Source: Callorhinchus milii
Lineage: Eukaryota
DNA: 64,000 bases
Reading direction: 5' to 3'
NCBI RefSeq assembly: GCF_018977255.1
Contig: NW_024704742.1
Span: 12,092,001 to 12,156,000 of the forward strand
A program made the translations under genes and the position numbers. This document shows positions 63,846 to 64,000 of this stretch, one piece after another; positions within the stretch are counted from its first letter, which is position 1, and every line of letters begins with the position of its first letter. Under the pieces are notes generated by a model, which made no database searches, was not told the DNA's origin, and saw nothing but the letters and a program-made list of their open reading frames with translations.

Positions 63846-64000
63846 CCAGCATTTACCGCAGTAAGGAAGGGCAAAATAGTTTAACCCCACCAAGGTCTTG
63901 AGGAATTATGGTGTTTATGTACTTAATCTGACCTCATGGAACCTTAATGCAATGAACTGCTATTGACGCCTAACAGAATGATTTTATAATCCAAGTAAGT

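Noticed and set aside
1..64000. CRISPR array, rRNA, operon or intact transposase/retroviral genes
   Set aside because: No regularly spaced repeat-spacer array, rRNA motifs or DDE/gag-pol ORFs seen; the sequence is eukaryotic retroelement-rich DNA

Overview
Eukaryotic, repeat-dense, AT-rich vertebrate DNA; the repeat families suggest a cartilaginous fish (inference). I recognise no host protein-coding exon, so this is probably intergenic DNA or part of a long intron. Nearly all listed ORFs are translations of retroelements. The content is CR1 LINEs (one near-full-length but internally deleted copy at about 32.3-35.6 kb plus many fragments), L2 LINEs, about 35 copies or fragments of a tRNA-Ala-headed SINE, older Deu-domain SINEs, AmnSINE2-like relics and a Penelope-like 3' end with a decayed minimal hammerhead ribozyme. 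Structures the repeat calls do not explain: an ~815-bp composite unit found both in tandem (26.4-27.5 kb) and dispersed (63.0-63.8 kb), a 120-bp inverted duplication, two long near-perfect hairpins, an unclassified palindromic repeat in four copies, and local templated insertions. Family names come from remembered consensus motifs and were not checked by search; boundaries are approximate. I cannot support a wholly new biological system here.
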